In this document: positions 23,674-35,481 of the stretch, piece by piece
How the letters are laid out: the number at the start of each line of letters is the position of its first letter
How positions within the stretch are numbered: the first letter of the stretch is position 1
Assembly: GCA_951406725.2 (NCBI GenBank)
Contig: OX597818.1
Location: forward strand, 2,542,001-2,606,000
Direction of reading: 5' to 3'
Length of the DNA: 64,000 nt
From: Octopus vulgaris
Taxonomy: Eukaryota
Notes under the pieces: generated by a model
What the model saw: the letters and a program-made list of their open reading frames with translations, nothing else
What the model was told of the DNA's origin: nothing
The model's database searches: none
Program-made: the position numbers and the translations under genes

Positions 23674-23675
<2 letters not shown>
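23470..23675 (+). mobile_element. Small hairpin element between (TA)n tracts with a hammerhead-like motif (23533-23570)
   Basis: 23470-23508 pairs with 23566-23600; ctgt CCAACGA acg ggga cgt GAAA ctc a gag TA acag. Confidence 0.55.
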
Positions 23676-23705
<30 letters not shown>

Positions 23706-24924
23706 TGAGGGGTACTGAAAAGATCCTGGCTTTAAGGGTATCACAAAAGGGTAGAGCTGTTACCTTTATGAGGGGATGATTGGCAGATTTAATGTATGAT
23801 GGCAGATCCTACAGTAGATTTTAGTAAAATTGAAGCTCAGGTGGTCATGAAGTTCCTTTTTGCAAGGCACAGGAGCAACAGAAATCTAAAGCAAGATGAA
23901 GGAGGTCTTGAAGGTTAGCTACCCATCTTACTCCTCATTGAAAATCTGGGTGTCAAGGTTTTGGACTAGTCATTCCGAGGTCACAGATGAACCCTGGTCA
24001 AGACAGCCAACTCTTGCAACCACATAGGACAAAGCAAATGCTATGCACATGATTCTCAAGGACTGCTGGATTTCAACTAAAGTCATAACTGAGGCTCTGG
24101 GGATTTCCCACAAAAGAGTTGGCTGCATCATCCACAACATTCTGGACATAAGAAAGCTTTCCACAAAATGGGTGCTGAAATATTTCAACACAGATCAGAA
24201 GTGCATCAGAGTGATGACATCAAAGGCAATTTTGGACCAGTTTGCAGCAGGAGAGGCGGATTTTATGGCTTGTTTAGTCACCATGAATGAAACATGGCTT
24301 CATCCTTATGATTGCTGACGAAACAGCACTCAATGAAGTGATGCCACAGTTGTTCACTGCCTCCCAAAAAGTTTCAGACCAGAAGTCAGCTGAAAAGATT
24401 TTAGCTTCAGTGTTCTGGGACAAAGACAGAAGACTCTTCATAAAATACCTGCCAAAGGGTCACACCCTCAACACAGAATATTACATCTCTGTTGGATGAA
24501 GTGGAAGAAGCTTTGAAGTAGAAACGCCATGGAAAGCCAGGTCATGGTGTCCTGTTTTTGCAGGACAATGAACCAGCACACATAGCACATGAAACTCTAT
24601 GAAAAATAAACAACTTTGGTTTCAAAATGGTAGACCACCCACCCACCTTACTTGATCTCCTCCAACTATTACCTCCAAGCTTGTCCCCCTCTAACTATCA
24701 CCCCTTTCCACAATGGAAAAAACATCTCAAGGAAATGAAATTTAACTCCGATTTGGAAGTGATTGCTGCTACAGAAGCCTAGTTGGAGGCCCAACCTTCC
24801 AATTTTTTTTTATAGGGCTTAGAAAGACTGAAGGACCACTGCAATGTGTGAATCTGAGAGACGAATATGTTGAATGAAATCATAATTAACTGATCCAAAG
24901 ACAGGAACTTTTCAGCACCCCTCA
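23706..24924 (+). mobile_element. Decayed full-length mariner
   Basis: TIRs TGAGGGGTACTGAAAAGATCCTG / CAGGAACTTTTCAGCACCCCTCA; KWVLK, VTMNETWLH, SVFWD, LQDNEPAH remnants. Confidence 0.85.
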
Positions 24925-25379
24925 TGTGTGTGTGTGTGTGTGCATATATCTGTATGTATGTATGTATGTATGTATGTACATATGTACATACGTATGAGTG
25001 TATGTATGTACGTATGTATGTATGTACATATGTACGTATGTACATATGTATGTATGTATGTGTTTGTATAAGTACACACAAGTACATACACACACAGATA
25101 CATATATACATATATATATTTTATGGAATCAAGATTCACTCAATACTCGAAAGTCTTGGACTTGTGAAGGAGAGAAAAGATGTTGCCAGAAAATTGTCAG
25201 AAGCTGCCGAGAAAGCAGACCATTACATCTAGCTTGAGAGAGAGGACAAATGATGCAGCAAAAATGAGCAATTGAAGATGGTAGAAACAGCTGGCCCAGA
25301 GTTACAAACTTTTGACTCAGCAAAGCTTGCAATGAGCGTGGGAGTTTTTTCACCTACATCAGTGGGTGGCCCCAGGCAG

Positions 25380-28350
25380 TTCTGGTGTCATGGTGGAAGC
25401 TGTTTTCACTGTCTGTTTTCACATTACAAAGCTGTTTCACTGTCTGATGAGACATCAGCTCCTGAATTCAGTGATGGAGTACAGCAGCATGCTCAGCACT
25501 CAGCTGTTTTAACATCTTCTTGTCAAGCTTGCTCAGACATTTCTAACCTGCATACACCATCCATCTCAGTTCTACATTAGTTAATGGAGGTCTTCAGAGA
25601 GGTATCAAGTGTACCTGGTGAGTTGAACTACATACATTGTGTTTGGACAACCAGCTCAAGTTGGTACTTGGCATCCATAGCTGTAGGTGACTTGCAAGCT
25701 CTTCTTTAGCTTGCCAGCAATATCCTGCAAAGTGCAAGCACATTTCCCTTATAATGTTGGAAACATACAGCTGTTTCTTGGTGGGATGAGTTCTCCAAGA
25801 TATATTTAAGACTGTTCTTAACATTCAGGTGTAAGTTCCATCTAGACTGAATGCCAGAATTTTGATAAGCATCCAGGCTCCAAATAAAAGGACTGACTCA
25901 TCCATTGCTCAGAAAAAATTCCTCTTAAGGTTGTTTGACAAGTTTGATTTCCAGATAAAATCCAGTTTGTTTAGGGCCAACCATGTTTTGGCTGTCTAAG
26001 GTTTTATGTCCTTATTAGTTGAGGTTACAGGACAGAGGTACGTTAAATCATCAACTTAACAGATGGGATCTCCACTGATGTTGGTGATGGGTCCTTGTTG
26101 ATTGAGAGCAATGAGTTTGATTTTACTAGAATTAACAAGTAGTTCAACATCATGTGCAGCTAATTCTAGATTATGAAGTAATTGGGTGGAGTCTGATATT
26201 GCATCAAAGCTAAATCATCAGCATAGTCTACATCAGTTATTTTTTGAGCTGGATGTCCAATCAATCTTCTTTTCGCAAGTGTGAAACTAAGACTATTTAG
26301 ATTGTCAAGTGATGTTCTGAGGACATAATCCAGAGAGATCACAAAGAGAAAAGATACCAATGTGTCCCTTTGGAGTACTCTGGCTCTGATATCAAAGAAA
26401 CTTGTATCACCATCTGGGGATCTTACCATAGGTTTATGTTATTATAGAGCATCATAATTGCTGCCGTTGTTTCCTCAGGGATACCATAGGCCAGTAGTAG
26501 TTCTTCCATTTTACCACAGTGGATAGAATAAAAAGCTTTTGAGAAATTAACACATAGTAATACTGCTTCAAGATTTCTGAATTTTACTCCATCCAGTAGA
26601 TGATAAACTGTAAGTATTTGTCTGATAGCTGACCTATTTTTTCTGAAGCCAATTTGATTTCTTCTCAAAACTTTCTCAATTTTTGGTTGTATCCTGTTGA
26701 GTGGAAGTGAATTATAAATTTTTGCAGTGATTGATGTAGGAGTGATGCCTCAGTAGTTCTTTGTGAGACCCAAATCACCTTTGTTTGGAAATGGGAGTAT
26801 ACAGTCTGTCTATCAATGTTGTCACCATTATAGACTGTATTGCAGAAACCTGACAGAATATCACTGAATTCTCCTGTTTTCTAGACTTCAGGTGAAGTGT
26901 TATCCAGTCCAGCAGCCTTTTAGTTTTTAGGACTTTTAAGGACTTCTTTCAATTTGTCAATGTTATGATATCAACAGTGTGATCAATAATTGATGTTACA
27001 TCTATATAAGAAACTTAGGCTATATTCCCAAGCAAATTCTGAAAATGATTCTTCCACTTTTCTAAACATTCCTGGAGATTTTTAGCTTTCATTTTTGACT
27101 TACTGGAGTTTTTGAGTTTGCTTATTTTGTTTACTATCTGCCAGGGTAGTGATGTCTGCTTGTTTACAGCAGCATGTTTAATTTAATTTATTTTACTTTG
27201 GATGTAGTTTCATTGTTCAAATTGATATAGGTCTACTAGTTCATTCTGTAACTTTTAGAAATTGGCTTCATTTGAGGGGCTTAGATGTATAATTTTAGCT
27301 TGGGCCACTTCTTTGAAGTGTTTTCTCTTGTTTATTATCTCTTGGTTAGCCCTGGGGATACATTTATTAGTTCTAGGTTTTATGGGTATGATCTCTTTTG
27401 CAACCTCTCTGTTGGGTGTTACAAAACTATTGAAAGTTGTGTTAGAGGAATTTCCTTCATTTTCATTTTGTAGCAGCTCAAATCTGTTTCTATCTAATAT
27501 AGTGTATTGGTTGCAGATTTCTCCGTTGTTTGTTAAAACTGACCAGTCATGTGAGCCTAGAGGCTGATTTGGTTTTGTTAGCTCTAAGGCTAATGTGAAG
27601 TTTTAATGTGATAATTTTGTGGTAGCTGCGCACTCCTTCTAAAGTATTGTAAGGCTCAGTGTTTAAGGTGCTATTCATCCATTTCTTATTGATTAGCATG
27701 TAATCTAGTTGGACATTTGAGACATGAGCATAAGTAAATATATATAGAGGGTATCTTTTAGAATTTGGCTTTTAGACATACTAACTGATTTGCAAAAATA
27801 AATTCATTTAGATATAGGCCATTTCTGTTCATGGTTGTATGGAATGAATATTTATGGGCTACAGGTTTTTCAACATGAGCATTCAAATCACCTCCAATTG
27901 TGAGAGCCCTGCACTTTGGTATTAGTCTCAACTGATAAGGAGAAAGTCTGATAAAAATTGGAAACCTCTTTGTCCACTGTGTTTGTTGGTGACTAATAAG
28001 ATGTGAATGATGTTTCTGGATTTCCTTAAAAAGACACTGTTTTTATTCTTGCATGTATTTTCATTTTGCTGTTTAAAGATTTGAGGGTAAGCAGGTTTAG
28101 CAGCATGCCTACACACCAAAGGTACAATTGGTAGATCTTCCAAGCTGAGGTTGAGAAGAAATACCATGATGCTGCTACCAGCATCATGGTATTTCAGCTC
28201 AACATTATCATGATAAAGCTTGTGGTCTTGCTCACAAATAATATCAATTTTGTACTTGATGGATGGCTGAGGCAACAAGTTCTGGGAGTTGGTTTAGTTT
28301 TCTGAGAGTGTGCACATTGAAGGTGGAGACAAGTGTATTTTGCTTGCACT
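25380..28350 (-). mobile_element. Decayed RTE-superfamily LINE (APE + RT)
   Basis: VSTFNVHTL and IDIICEQDH (APE); NQIGFRKNRS, NFSKAFYSI, VLQRDTL..FLF, DYADDLAL (RT). Confidence 0.85.
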
Positions 28351-28959
28351 TCAGAAATTATGTAGTGTTTGTGTCTGTAACTGATTTTTTGAACACTAAG
28401 CCAGAGCCAGGACTACAGCAGAAAATGCTCCTTGTTTGACTGCATGACAAGTGATGCAGGGTAAATTTCTTAAGTTAATGTGAGTCATAGAATATCTTTC
28501 AATTACTAATTTCTCATCTACAGTTACAGGTCATATAAACAATTGCAGTGTCAATCAAACTGACAGGTTTCCCAGACCAAGATTCATAAAAGTGTAATTT
28601 GTTCCACAAAGTGGGAAGAAATCCAAATGAAAAGTATTTTTTTATGCTTTGCATTTCATTCCCTACTATCATCCTCCTTTCCAACGATAGTGCCATTTCT
28701 GCTCTTTTCAAGGCTTCAGGATTTCACCATGACCCAGGCAGGGTGGCTAAGAGCTGCTATGTCTTGCCAAAGGGCAACCCTTGATTTTTTCCAGGACTGC
28801 TTTTTGAGTATTTGCAGCTAACCTGTATATCTACAGGCCATTCCCCTATCCACAAGCTGAGGACCTGATAGATGAAAGTTTCCATCACCCACACCAGAAA
28901 ATGTTTACTCCAAATTTATACAGGTACATATATTAACATAGATACAAATACATATATAT

Positions 28960-28989
<30 letters not shown>

Positions 28990-28990
<1 letters not shown>

Positions 28991-30263
28991 ACAAAGTGGA
29001 GTTGTAAGGTACTGCACGAGTGGAATTATATATGAAAGAAGGTTTGAAAATGCAATTTTAAAAGATGCTTATTTACTTTACCGGTTTCACTCTTTGGAAA
29101 AAGATTGTCAAAAGGTAACATGTAAAAGATTGGTTGTGTTAATTATTGGTTGTCACAAAATGCTACAATACATATATACATTCTTTGGTAACAAGAACAT
29201 GTTAAGAACATAAAAAAGTTTAACAAGTTCATTAAAATATTGGGCACAAAATATTACAACATATATATACATTCTCAAGAAAATGTTAAAGATAGTTTCC
29301 AGAAGGAATTATTGAAAAGTTCAGTAGAATATTATGAGTTCAAAAAAGTTTACATTATAGTAGTAGGGAAGCTCAAACTGACCTGGTCCACCATGTTATT
29401 GTAAAAGACTATTTTCTATTTCAAGGGACACTGTAGGTGTGTTTGGGTGGGGGGAAGGAAGAGTAATGTGGAACTGAAAAAAATTTCTTTTTGTCTCTCC
29501 TTCAAGCATCAATGATTTGGGGGATTGGTCTTTAGAGGTCAGAATGGTGCGAGTGTGTGTGTGTATATATACATATGTGGTGTGACTAGATGTGTCTGTG
29601 TGTGTTTGTAAAATTTGGTAGGATGGTGTGTGTATATGTGTGCCCAATTTTCAACCGTGTGTGTGATTGTCTTGGTGTTGTGTATGTGTATGTATGTGTG
29701 TGATTGGTATTTGTCATGGTGTTGTGTGTGTGCATGTGTGTGTATATGTGTGTCTGTATGGTCAGAATGGTGTGAATGTGTGTGTCTTTGTGTGTGTGTG
29801 TGTATATATATATATACATGTGTTTGTGTGTGTGGGGGCTGTTTTTGACTGGTCCTAGGGTCCATTGTGGTGTAAATAGATGTGTGTTTTTAAAATTTGG
29901 TAGGATGGTGTGTGTATATGTGTGCCCGTTTGTGTGTGTGTGTGTATGTGTGTGGTTAATGTGTGTTAGTGTGTTGCATGTGCACTAGTGTGTGTATGTG
30001 TTCATATGTGTGTCCATGTCTGTTGGGTGTATTTGTGCGGTGTGTGTGTGTGTGTATATGCGTTTTGTGTGTGCTGGTATTGAGTATGTGTTTGCGTGTG
30101 TGCGTATATATGGTGCGAGTGTGTGTGTCTATGTGTGTGTGTATATACATATACATGTGTTTGTGTGTGTGTGTATGTATGTGCATGATTGGTATTTGTC
30201 ATGGTGCTGTGTGTGCGCACGTGTGTGTATATGTGCGTCTGTATGGGGGTCAAAATGGTGTGA

Positions 30264-30300
<37 letters not shown>

Positions 30301-30746
30301 CATACACATGTGTTTGTGTGTGTGGGCTGTTTTTGATTGGTCCCAGGGTCCATTGTGGTGTAAATAGATGCGTGTTTTTAAAATTTAGTAGGATGGTGTG
30401 TGTATATGTGTGCCTGTTTGTGTGTGTGTGTATGTGTGTGGTTAATGTGTGTTAGTGTGTTGTGTGTGCGCTAGTGTGTGTATGTGTTTGTTCGTATGTG
30501 TGTCCATGTGTGTTAGGTTTGTCTGGGTGGTGTGAGTGTGTGTTTATGCATTTTGTGTGTGTTTGTATTGAGTATGTTTGTGTGTGTGCGTATGTATGGT
30601 GCAAGTGTGTGTGTCTTTGTGTGTGTGTATATACATATACATGTGTTTGTGTGTGTATGTATGTGCGTGATTAGTATTTGTCATGGTGCTGTGTGTGCGC
30701 ATGTGTGTGTATATATGTGCATCTGTATGCGGGTCAGAATGGTGTG

Positions 30747-30791
<45 letters not shown>

Positions 30792-31560
30792 GTGTTTGTG
30801 TGTGTGGGCCATTTTTGATTGGTCCCAGGGTCCATTGTGGTGTAAATAGATGTGTCTGTGTGTGTGTTTTTAAAATTTGGTAGGATGGTGTGTGTATATG
30901 CGTGCCCGTTTGTCAACCGTGTGTGTGATTGTCTTGGTGTTGTGTGTGTGTGTGTATGTATGTGCGTGATTGGTATTTGTGTTTTATGTGTGTTGGTATT
31001 GAGTATGTGTTTGTGTGTGGGTGTGTTTATGCGTCTTGTATTTGTCATTGTGTGTGTGCATGCTTGTGTGTATGTATGTTTGTGAATGTTTGTTGTGGTT
31101 GTAATGTGCGTGTATGTGTGTCTTTTTCCTTTTGAATGTGAGTGTCTGTGTGTGATATTACTACTGGGGTGCGGGCGTATTGTGTGTGTGTGTGTGTGTG
31201 TGTGGTTGTGGTTGTGTGGATGTGATTTGTAATTTCGGGGTGGTGTGTGTAGGTGTGTGCATATCCGTGTTCACATGTGTATATATGTGTAAAAGTGTTG
31301 GTTATGGATGCTAAAATCTTATTGCAAGTGTATATGTGTATGTGTTTTTTTCTGGGATGTGTGAGGGTTTGTGTTCTAGCGGGAGGATATTGTGTTTGTG
31401 CAAGTGTATTTGCATCTGAAGTTGGCATTGTTTTTGTGTGTGTGTGATTTTGTATATCTGTATGTGTTTCTGTGCGTGTTTGTTTTGGATGTGTACCTGG
31501 GGGGTATGTTAGAGTATGTTTAGTTGTGGTCTGTATTTTTGAATAAGATTATTTTCCCTA
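28990..31560 (-). mobile_element. Hammerhead-bearing pLTR-type element (family of 61490-63475) with internal TG-rich tandem repeat
   Basis: 28990-29170 homologous to 61490-61580/63340-63475; minus-strand hammerhead at 29073-29118 (TTGACAA...GAAA ccgg TA aagtaa); PKSLMLEGE / PKPLMLEGE shared peptide remnant; (TA)n flanks. Confidence 0.6.
29540..31000. repeat. ~485-bp higher-order tandem repeat built on (TG)n/(TA)n
   Basis: anchor GGTCC(C/T)AGGGTCCATTGTGGTGTAAATAGATG at 29851, 30339 and 30821. Confidence 0.8.
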
Positions 31561-32141
31561 TATATATATATATATATACACACATACACATGTAGATATA
31601 CACACAGACTTCTTCATTTCTTTAATCCTTTTGCTGTCCTTTCACTTCCTCCTCCTCCTTCTCATTGTTTTTTTGTCTACCACAAATTAAAGTGTTGATG
31701 TTCTTTGTATTAATGTCCACACTGACTTAACTATTATTTATTACTGCAGATGGTAACTCTGAGTAATTAAGCCTAGTTTTCTAATCCCTATATCTTTTAG
31801 TAGAAAAGGCCATACCATGGCCCTTTATAGGACATCCCAGTTAAATAGAAGGGTGGAAGGACAGTATCTTCAAACAGAAGACCCAACACAAATGCTTGCA
31901 ACATTTAACATCTGTTAAAAGCACCTTAGAACCTGGTGATGATAAACTGGATAATGGGTTAATTTCTTCACATCATAGGTGCTTATTGTATCATTAAAAT
32001 TTTTACCTGCTATTTCAAATATTGAGGTGGGAAAACTTTTTATGGACAACTTAATGTAGTCATGTATTACTTATAAACTGAATATTTTCTATATGAAAAT
32101 CTTTTAAAAAATTGATCAAACCAAACTTCAAACTGACTTAC

Positions 32142-32316
32142 CTTCTGCTCTAAGAACAACAACGTGATTGAGATAAATAGCAAGTTCTTGAAGTTGAATA
32201 AGATTCATGTGTTTTATGGCATCCTTAGCTGGAACTGGTCTGCCATTTTTCTCCATATAATACACCAAACTTACATTTTGGGAGGTTCCGTGATTAAAGT
32301 GCACAATTTTCATTAT
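32142..32316 (-). CDS. KIAA1549: KIAA1549-like exon (IMKIVHFNHGTSQNVSLVYYMEKNGRPVPAKDAIKHMNLIQLQELAIYLNHVVVLRAE)
   Basis: acceptor gtctttcag at 32317, donor G|gtaagt at 32141; phase 0 to 1; resembles recalled KIAA1549L LTYY..NGKP....AAK.L....MAL.LHHVVLLQAD. Confidence 0.85.
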
Positions 32317-33159
32317 CTGAAAGACATCACACATTGGTTTACATTGGCGTTGTAATCTTCAAATGTCTTGTCTCTTGTATATCACGGTATGTTGTATGTG
32401 TGTGGCAGGGGGGGGGGTGTTCACTTCAGATTCTGAGCTAGTTTACTGTTGTTCCCTATGATCAAAGGTATTCCAATTCTAAACATCTTTTAATTGTCTT
32501 ATCTTTTCCTTTAAAATGGTATGGTGTGATATAAAAGAGAATTAGTCACTATTTCTAACAGATCAAGCAACTCATATTCTTTATGGAGCTGGAGTTGTGT
32601 AACAGCTCTCAGACTCCCAACTTCATTTTCTCGCCAGTTTCTGATATTCAGACCAAAACATTTTCTAATTTCTGTTCCACTCAAACTAAGACTAGATGTT
32701 TGTTAATTTCCAAAACTCATCAAAACTTAAAGGTTTCTTTGATTCAGTCTTCAAACATAACCATGAGATATAATTATAAAGTTAATTCTTCATTAATATC
32801 TCCAACTAATTAAATTTCCAATAATTTATTTTGAAAGAGCAAGCACCAAAATTTTTCAAAGAATCTGGTTAACATAGTTTATTTGACAGAATATACTACC
32901 GTAAACACAAATGTTAAATTAATTAGGGAGCTTCTTTAGGGGTCACACAAAACCTGCTAGAAATAACAACCAAAATATCTTTCATACTTCATCATACTGT
33001 CTTAAAACGGAAAGAGACATGGAATCATGTGATTCTAGGTATACTATGACAGCAAGAAAAATGGAATGATCATAGCTGGAGTCTCTTTGACCATAGGTCT
33101 ACTGGATTAGGTTTGATCTGAGCTAAAAAACATCAACTTATGGAATGTAAAACATTATA

Positions 33160-33930
33160 CTACACTATTGCTCTCACCTCTAACATATCCAAGGTAACAG
33201 AGACAGCCGTTAACAATGACAATCTCCAACAATTTGGACCTCTCTCTCCTCAGTGACCCAAGTACAGCTTCCACAGAGCCAGATCCACTGGAGACCTACT
33301 TTCTTATGTCACTCACCAGGGGGCTCTTGCTTTAGAAGACCATTTCTGACAAGCAATCTCCTGGCAAAACTGCTAAAATACAAACTCCATCCAACCCTCA
33401 TTTCTTAGACTGGCAGCATCCTACTAAATCACTCTCATGTCATGTTTAAATAGAGTTTTCTCTGCTCCACTCTCAATCAACTCTGGTGTTTCCCAGGGCT
33501 TAGTTTTGTCCTCTGTTCTCTTCCTTTAATATATCAGTGATCTATTTTCCACCACATCCAACAATGTCTGTTCAAATGCAGATGACACAACTCTTCATTC
33601 CTTCCTCATTTTCCTGACCATGTAACATCCAAAAGCAATTAATATGCTACATACCAAACTGGCATTGATTCCATTTCTAGACATATCTTCCAGTCAAGCT
33701 TTACTAACTTTTAAGAGCAAAAGTACTCAAACACTACTCATATCAAGAAAAGACCACTACACCTACCCTACCTAAACATGTGATCACCTAGTTAGATACC
33801 TCATAGTCACTCCAAATGCTGTTCGTCACTATCACTAAAGATCTTCTTGGAGAAAAAACATCCTTAATATAGCTAGGACCAAATCTCAGAGAAAAGCCTC
33901 TTGACTGATTGCGATTAAATCATTTACAGA
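33160..33930 (+). mobile_element. Highly decayed LINE RT fragment (CR1/Jockey group)
   Basis: YSFHRARSTGDLL, INSGVSQG.VLS..LF, ADDTTL remnants. Confidence 0.6.
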
Positions 33931-34450
33931 CAGGCCCATAGACATGCTATATCTTCTTTCTCTCTTTTCTATCATTGTTACCATAGCCTCCTGCTACTTT
34001 CCTATTACTCTGCTTCTCTTCCATTACTCTCTCTTCTATCATCCTCTCAGTCATATTACTTGTATTTAATATCCTCACTAACAAGTATGATGTAACTGTC
34101 TACCCCTCTCTTTCTCTCAACTACTCTCTCATGTATCACACTCTCACTCTGGCTCTCTTCCATTACTCTGTCTTCCATCATCCTCTTGCTTCTATTACTC
34201 TAGCCCTCTTCTATCAGCTTCTCTTCCTCTCGACCAGTTATATGAAATAGAAGGAACAAACAAGTAAGTACAACACAGGGAACAGGAAATTCTTTAATCG
34301 TGTCAGAAATTAATGGAATTTACTATCCATAAAATTACTGAAATTTTTAAAATATCATGATAAAAAGAAACTATAAGATAAAAAGAAACTATATAGTAAA
34401 ACAGATTAATTAGTACAGTAGATTAAAACAATTAATTGAACAGAATTCAC

Positions 34451-34626
34451 CTGTAAAGCAATGTCTTTTACAACAGCAAAACGTTTTTTCCGAAGAGGAC
34501 GGTAAGTTCCATTCAGGATGTGTTCACCTCTTTTGTATGCTTCAACATAACTTCTGGCTAAACGTTCTTCCATGCCATGTTTGAATTCAAATGAATTTAC
34601 ATCGATATCGCTTCTAACTTTAATGA
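34451..34626 (-). CDS. KIAA1549: KIAA1549-like exon (IIKVRSDIDVNSFEFKHGMEERLARSYVEAYKRG...LRKKRFAVVKDIALQ)
   Basis: acceptor tctgttacag at 34627, donor CAG|gtgaat at 34450; phase 1 to 0; MEERLA plus RKKR furin-like site match the recalled KIAA1549/KIAA1549L MEqRLAq...RxKR pattern. Confidence 0.85.
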
Positions 34627-35481
34627 CTGTAACAGAAATTATTGCATCATAATAATTAACTGTCAAACTATTCATAACTTTACAGAAATCTATCTATCTA
34701 TTGATAGGTAGATAGACAGATAGATATCATCATCATAATTATCATCATTTAACATCAGTTTTCCATGACGTTATGAGTAGGACAGTTTGAGAGGATCTGA
34801 CAAGCTCCAATGGCTGTTTTGGCATGATTTCTAGAGCTGAATCTCCTTCCTTATATGAACCACTTACAGTGTCTACTGGGTACTTTCTTCATGATACTGG
34901 TACTAGTTGCAAGACAAGAAAAGAAAACTGAGTGGGGATGTATCTGAGAGGAAGGAAGATGGCTTTATGCCAGGTTTTAAAAGACTAAAGTATGAGAGAC
35001 AAAACCATGTGTTTTACTATAGAGGAGATACATGGCTACCCCACATAATATAAAATAAGTGGGAGTAGCTGGAAAATAAGATAAAGATAGTGTTGAGTTG
35101 CCAACACATATTCTCATACATGAGTGAGTATGAAAGAAAATACACAGTTGATATGAAGGAAAAAGAGAGTAATTTCACAAAAGAATGGAATTAGAGCAAG
35201 GAGGACTCAGTGAAACAATCCACTTTGGTAAAGAAAGAACTGGACATTCCTCTGGGACAACATACTAAGGGCTGAAGAACAAATCTGTGACTGGTGCAAG
35301 GTCCTAGCCAGACTGAGAGTAACTTGGTGGTGAAACTGTGAGGTAGTCAAAGTTACAAAAGTGAAAAGACAAGCATCAAACTTGGAATCAAAGGCCTTTA
35401 TAGTTTAACTTAGCAAAGACCAAAGTTCTAGTGAACAGGAAAACACACAGGACTCTACTCCCATCAAGTAAATGGCCTTAG

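Noticed and set aside
29539-31447. Many 60-130 aa ORFs rich in C/V/Y or H/T (also 16076-16440, 24779-25237, 61137-62977)
   Set aside because: Translations of (TG)/(CA)/(TA) microsatellites, not genes
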